Shown here one piece after another: positions 62,301 through 64,000 of a stretch of 64,000 nt of DNA. The DNA lies in assembly GCA_000934665.2 (NCBI GenBank), contig JYFJ02000011.1, positions 62,001 to 126,000 of the forward strand, given 5' to 3'. Made by a program: the position numbers and the translations under genes. The notes under the pieces are model-generated. The model was not told the DNA's origin. It searched no databases and was given only the letters and a program-made list of their open reading frames with translations. Each line of letters opens with the position of its first letter. Within the stretch, counting starts at the first letter, position 1. This DNA is from Catajapyx aquilonaris (lineage: Eukaryota).

Positions 62301-62886
62301 ATTCTTGCCAAGATATTCATTCCATTTGCATGGCTGCTGGGAGTACCTAACGATGAATGTGACCAAGTGGCACTGCTTCTGGGCCTCAAAAGTGTCGCCA
62401 ATGAATTTATCGCATATCAGCAGCTGGCCCAATGGCAGAAAAGCAACATTCTATCGGTAAGAATTTGTAACAACATGAAAGAGACTGGCAAATGCAGGCC
62501 TGTGTATATTATATCTAGATTTATTCAAAGACTAAGTTATCTAATCAAACTCTGCGGTTTGCAGGAACGAGCTGAGGCAATTGCTACGTATGCTCTGTGT
62601 GGATTTGCTAATCCTGGATCGGTTGGAATTCAGTTGGGAGGCATGAGTGCCATGTGTCCTGAAAGGAAGTCAGATTTTGCTAGCATTGTTCTGCGAGCAT
62701 TTGTGGCTGGAACATTTGCTTGCTTTCTCAACGCATGCATTGCAGGTGTGTATATGATGGTGAAAATTCAGAAAATCAGTTTGCGATGATTTAATTTTAA
62801 TTTTACAAGTTCTGTGCAAAGAGTAGAGCTTAGAACACTTTGTGACACGATTGTTTACTTTTCTTTCAGGTACTTTGATACCATAA
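59364..62886 (+). CDS. Concentrative Na+/nucleoside cotransporter (CNT / SLC28 family)
   Basis: Exons beginning at about 59364, 59600, 60766, 60979, 61281, 61532, 61804, 62044, 62298, 62564 and 62870. Motifs [61 protein letters not shown] and [13 protein letters not shown] at 62884-62886. Confidence 0.95.
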
Positions 62887-64000
62887 TTACTAAAGACAAG
62901 TTCCTAGAGGGAACACCAGCCATTCCCGCTGCATTTAAATTGCGACACAGAAGAGGCATGTTGCCTAATGCCTATGCACAGAAAGTGTACAAAAATCACA
63001 CTCATTATTATTCATGCTCATTTCATACTTTTGTGCAGGGTACTTTCAGATCAGCGGTGACACGTAAGGTTTTGCCATATTGCCTTAAATTCATTATTGA
63101 ATAGTGTGCTGAGTACCTTAAATGCCAACTTCACGTTGGAGCAAAGTACAAGACTGTGATTTCCATCCATTTTATGTGTCAGCCAGGAAAGCGTACTTCC
63201 ACATGGAAAGGTGGTGTAATTTTTTGTAGAAGTAATTTATTGCATAATAGTATTAAATTTTAGTGATTCACAGCACAACTCAGATGAAATGGAACAGACT
63301 CACTCACATTGTAAGAGTACGAATAAAAATGGAAGATGAAATATTACTAGTTATTTGTGTACATTCAGACAAATCTATTTTCCCTAGGTAACCACAATCA
63401 TTCGTCAGATGTCCTTGGATGTTTACGTGATATAATGTTGGCACCTTTGCAATCTCGGCACATGACAGTGTAGTCATCCCACTTCACTGATATCAATATT
63501 GTTTGATGTTGAGAATGCCCATCATATTTTCAAGCAACTCCTTGCCAAAAAGGTAACATTGCATACCAGTACAGCATATATCATAAAATATGTGCCAAGG
63601 AAACAGCTACAGATTGTGCTGTTGTTCCTGCTCAAGTTATGCCTATAAAGAGTAGTAGACACTACTGTGCCTATAACGCACGAGCAAATTATTGACACTT
63701 AACAAGTGAGTCTGAATCAATAAACTGGTCAGAAGCAAGGTGAGTCAAAGATATACAAAGTGTACATGCAATTATTTGCTACAATTCTGAATAGAATTTT
63801 TGCAGTAATTATTGTAGATCTCATAAATCAGCCATACGTTAAAACCATTCACAGCCAGACCATGATGCAAGGGGTTATTCACTTACACTTTTTGCGTACA
63901 TGGACTACCTACGAAGATGTAGCCTACACGTACACGGACTACCTGTAGTGTAGTGAATAACCCCTTAATTGTCATGATCCAATGGAAGTTGACATTATTG

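Overview
Eukaryotic, arthropod-like genomic DNA: many 50-90 bp GT-AG introns, chitinases, an arginine kinase, and a snoRNA guide matching an arthropod-type 18S segment. The exact taxon cannot be determined from this window. Left to right it holds four tandem GH18 chitinase genes (+), a CCDC34-like gene (-), a secreted His/Lys-rich then acidic protein (-), RpL3 (+) with at least five intronic snoRNA candidates, and an SLC28/CNT nucleoside transporter (+). The main observation is a three-level nested arrangement. The CCDC34-like gene appears to have a 30,016-bp intron (41965->11950). That intron contains, on the opposite strand, a ~26-kb multi-exon ankyrin-repeat/Dpy-30-motif gene, and one of that gene's introns contains an intronless, divergent arginine kinase. 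Many MITE-like inverted repeats and a ~600-bp near-perfect hairpin are also present. All gene models were assembled by eye from splice signals and reading-frame phase, and family assignments rest on recalled motifs rather than database searches.
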